Source: Mobula birostris (taxonomy: Eukaryota). From it: a stretch of 64,000 nt of DNA. Location: positions 40,610,068 through 40,674,067 of the forward strand of contig NC_092396.1 of assembly GCF_030028105.1 (NCBI RefSeq), read 5' to 3'. The position numbers and the translations under genes were made by a program. Numbering within the stretch: the first letter of the stretch is position 1; each line of letters starts with the position of its first letter. Positions 63,760 to 64,000 of the stretch are shown here, piece after piece. Below the pieces are notes generated by a model. It was not told the DNA's origin, did no database searches, and worked only from the letters and a program-made list of their open reading frames with translations.

Positions 63760-64000
63760 TTATTGAGATGCACCACAGAATAGGCTTGTCTGGCCCTACG
63801 AACTACACTGCCCAGCATCCCCCCGATTTAAGCCTAGCCTAATCATGGGACAAATTACAATGAACAATTAACCTACCAACCCATGTGTCTTGGGCTGTGG
63901 AGGTGGGGGGCGGTGGAGAAGAGAACTGGAACAGTCAGAGGGAGCCCACACAGTCATGGGGAGAATGTACAAACTCCTTACAGGGAGTGGCGGGAATCGA
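63760..64000 (-). mobile_element. V-SINE (HE1-like), cut off by the window end
   Basis: caattaacctaccaacc...cccacacagtcatggggagaatgtacaaactcc...gggaatcga (V domain plus tRNA B-box on the minus strand). Confidence 0.7.

Overview
Vertebrate genomic DNA, probably a cartilaginous fish such as a ray (inferred from the CR1, Penelope, Rex1/Babar and V-SINE repeat mix). There are two host genes, both on the + strand. The first is the last four coding exons of EXOSC10 (Rrp6/PM-Scl100; 4342-14057). The second is a complete 8-exon spermidine synthase gene SRM (ATG 29045, stop 55379, 870 nt CDS, 289 aa, all introns GT-AG), with a CpG-island promoter that has a 25-copy 26-bp minisatellite just upstream. 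The gene order matches human EXOSC10-SRM as I recall it. Most other ORFs in the track are decayed transposons: CR1 (one near full length), Rex1/Babar, Penelope, RTE, PIF/Harbinger, hAT and Tigger, often nested. Leads worth checking: short Penelope-derived elements carrying minimal hammerhead-ribozyme motifs, an AUG-free SRM leader with an in-frame CUG in strong context and duplicated Pro-Pro-Pro codons, about 4 kb without recognisable transposons after the SRM stop, and an unexplained ~370-bp intergenic duplication. Family names come from motif recognition and memory, not database searches. Transposon boundaries are approximate unless a TSD or TIR is given.
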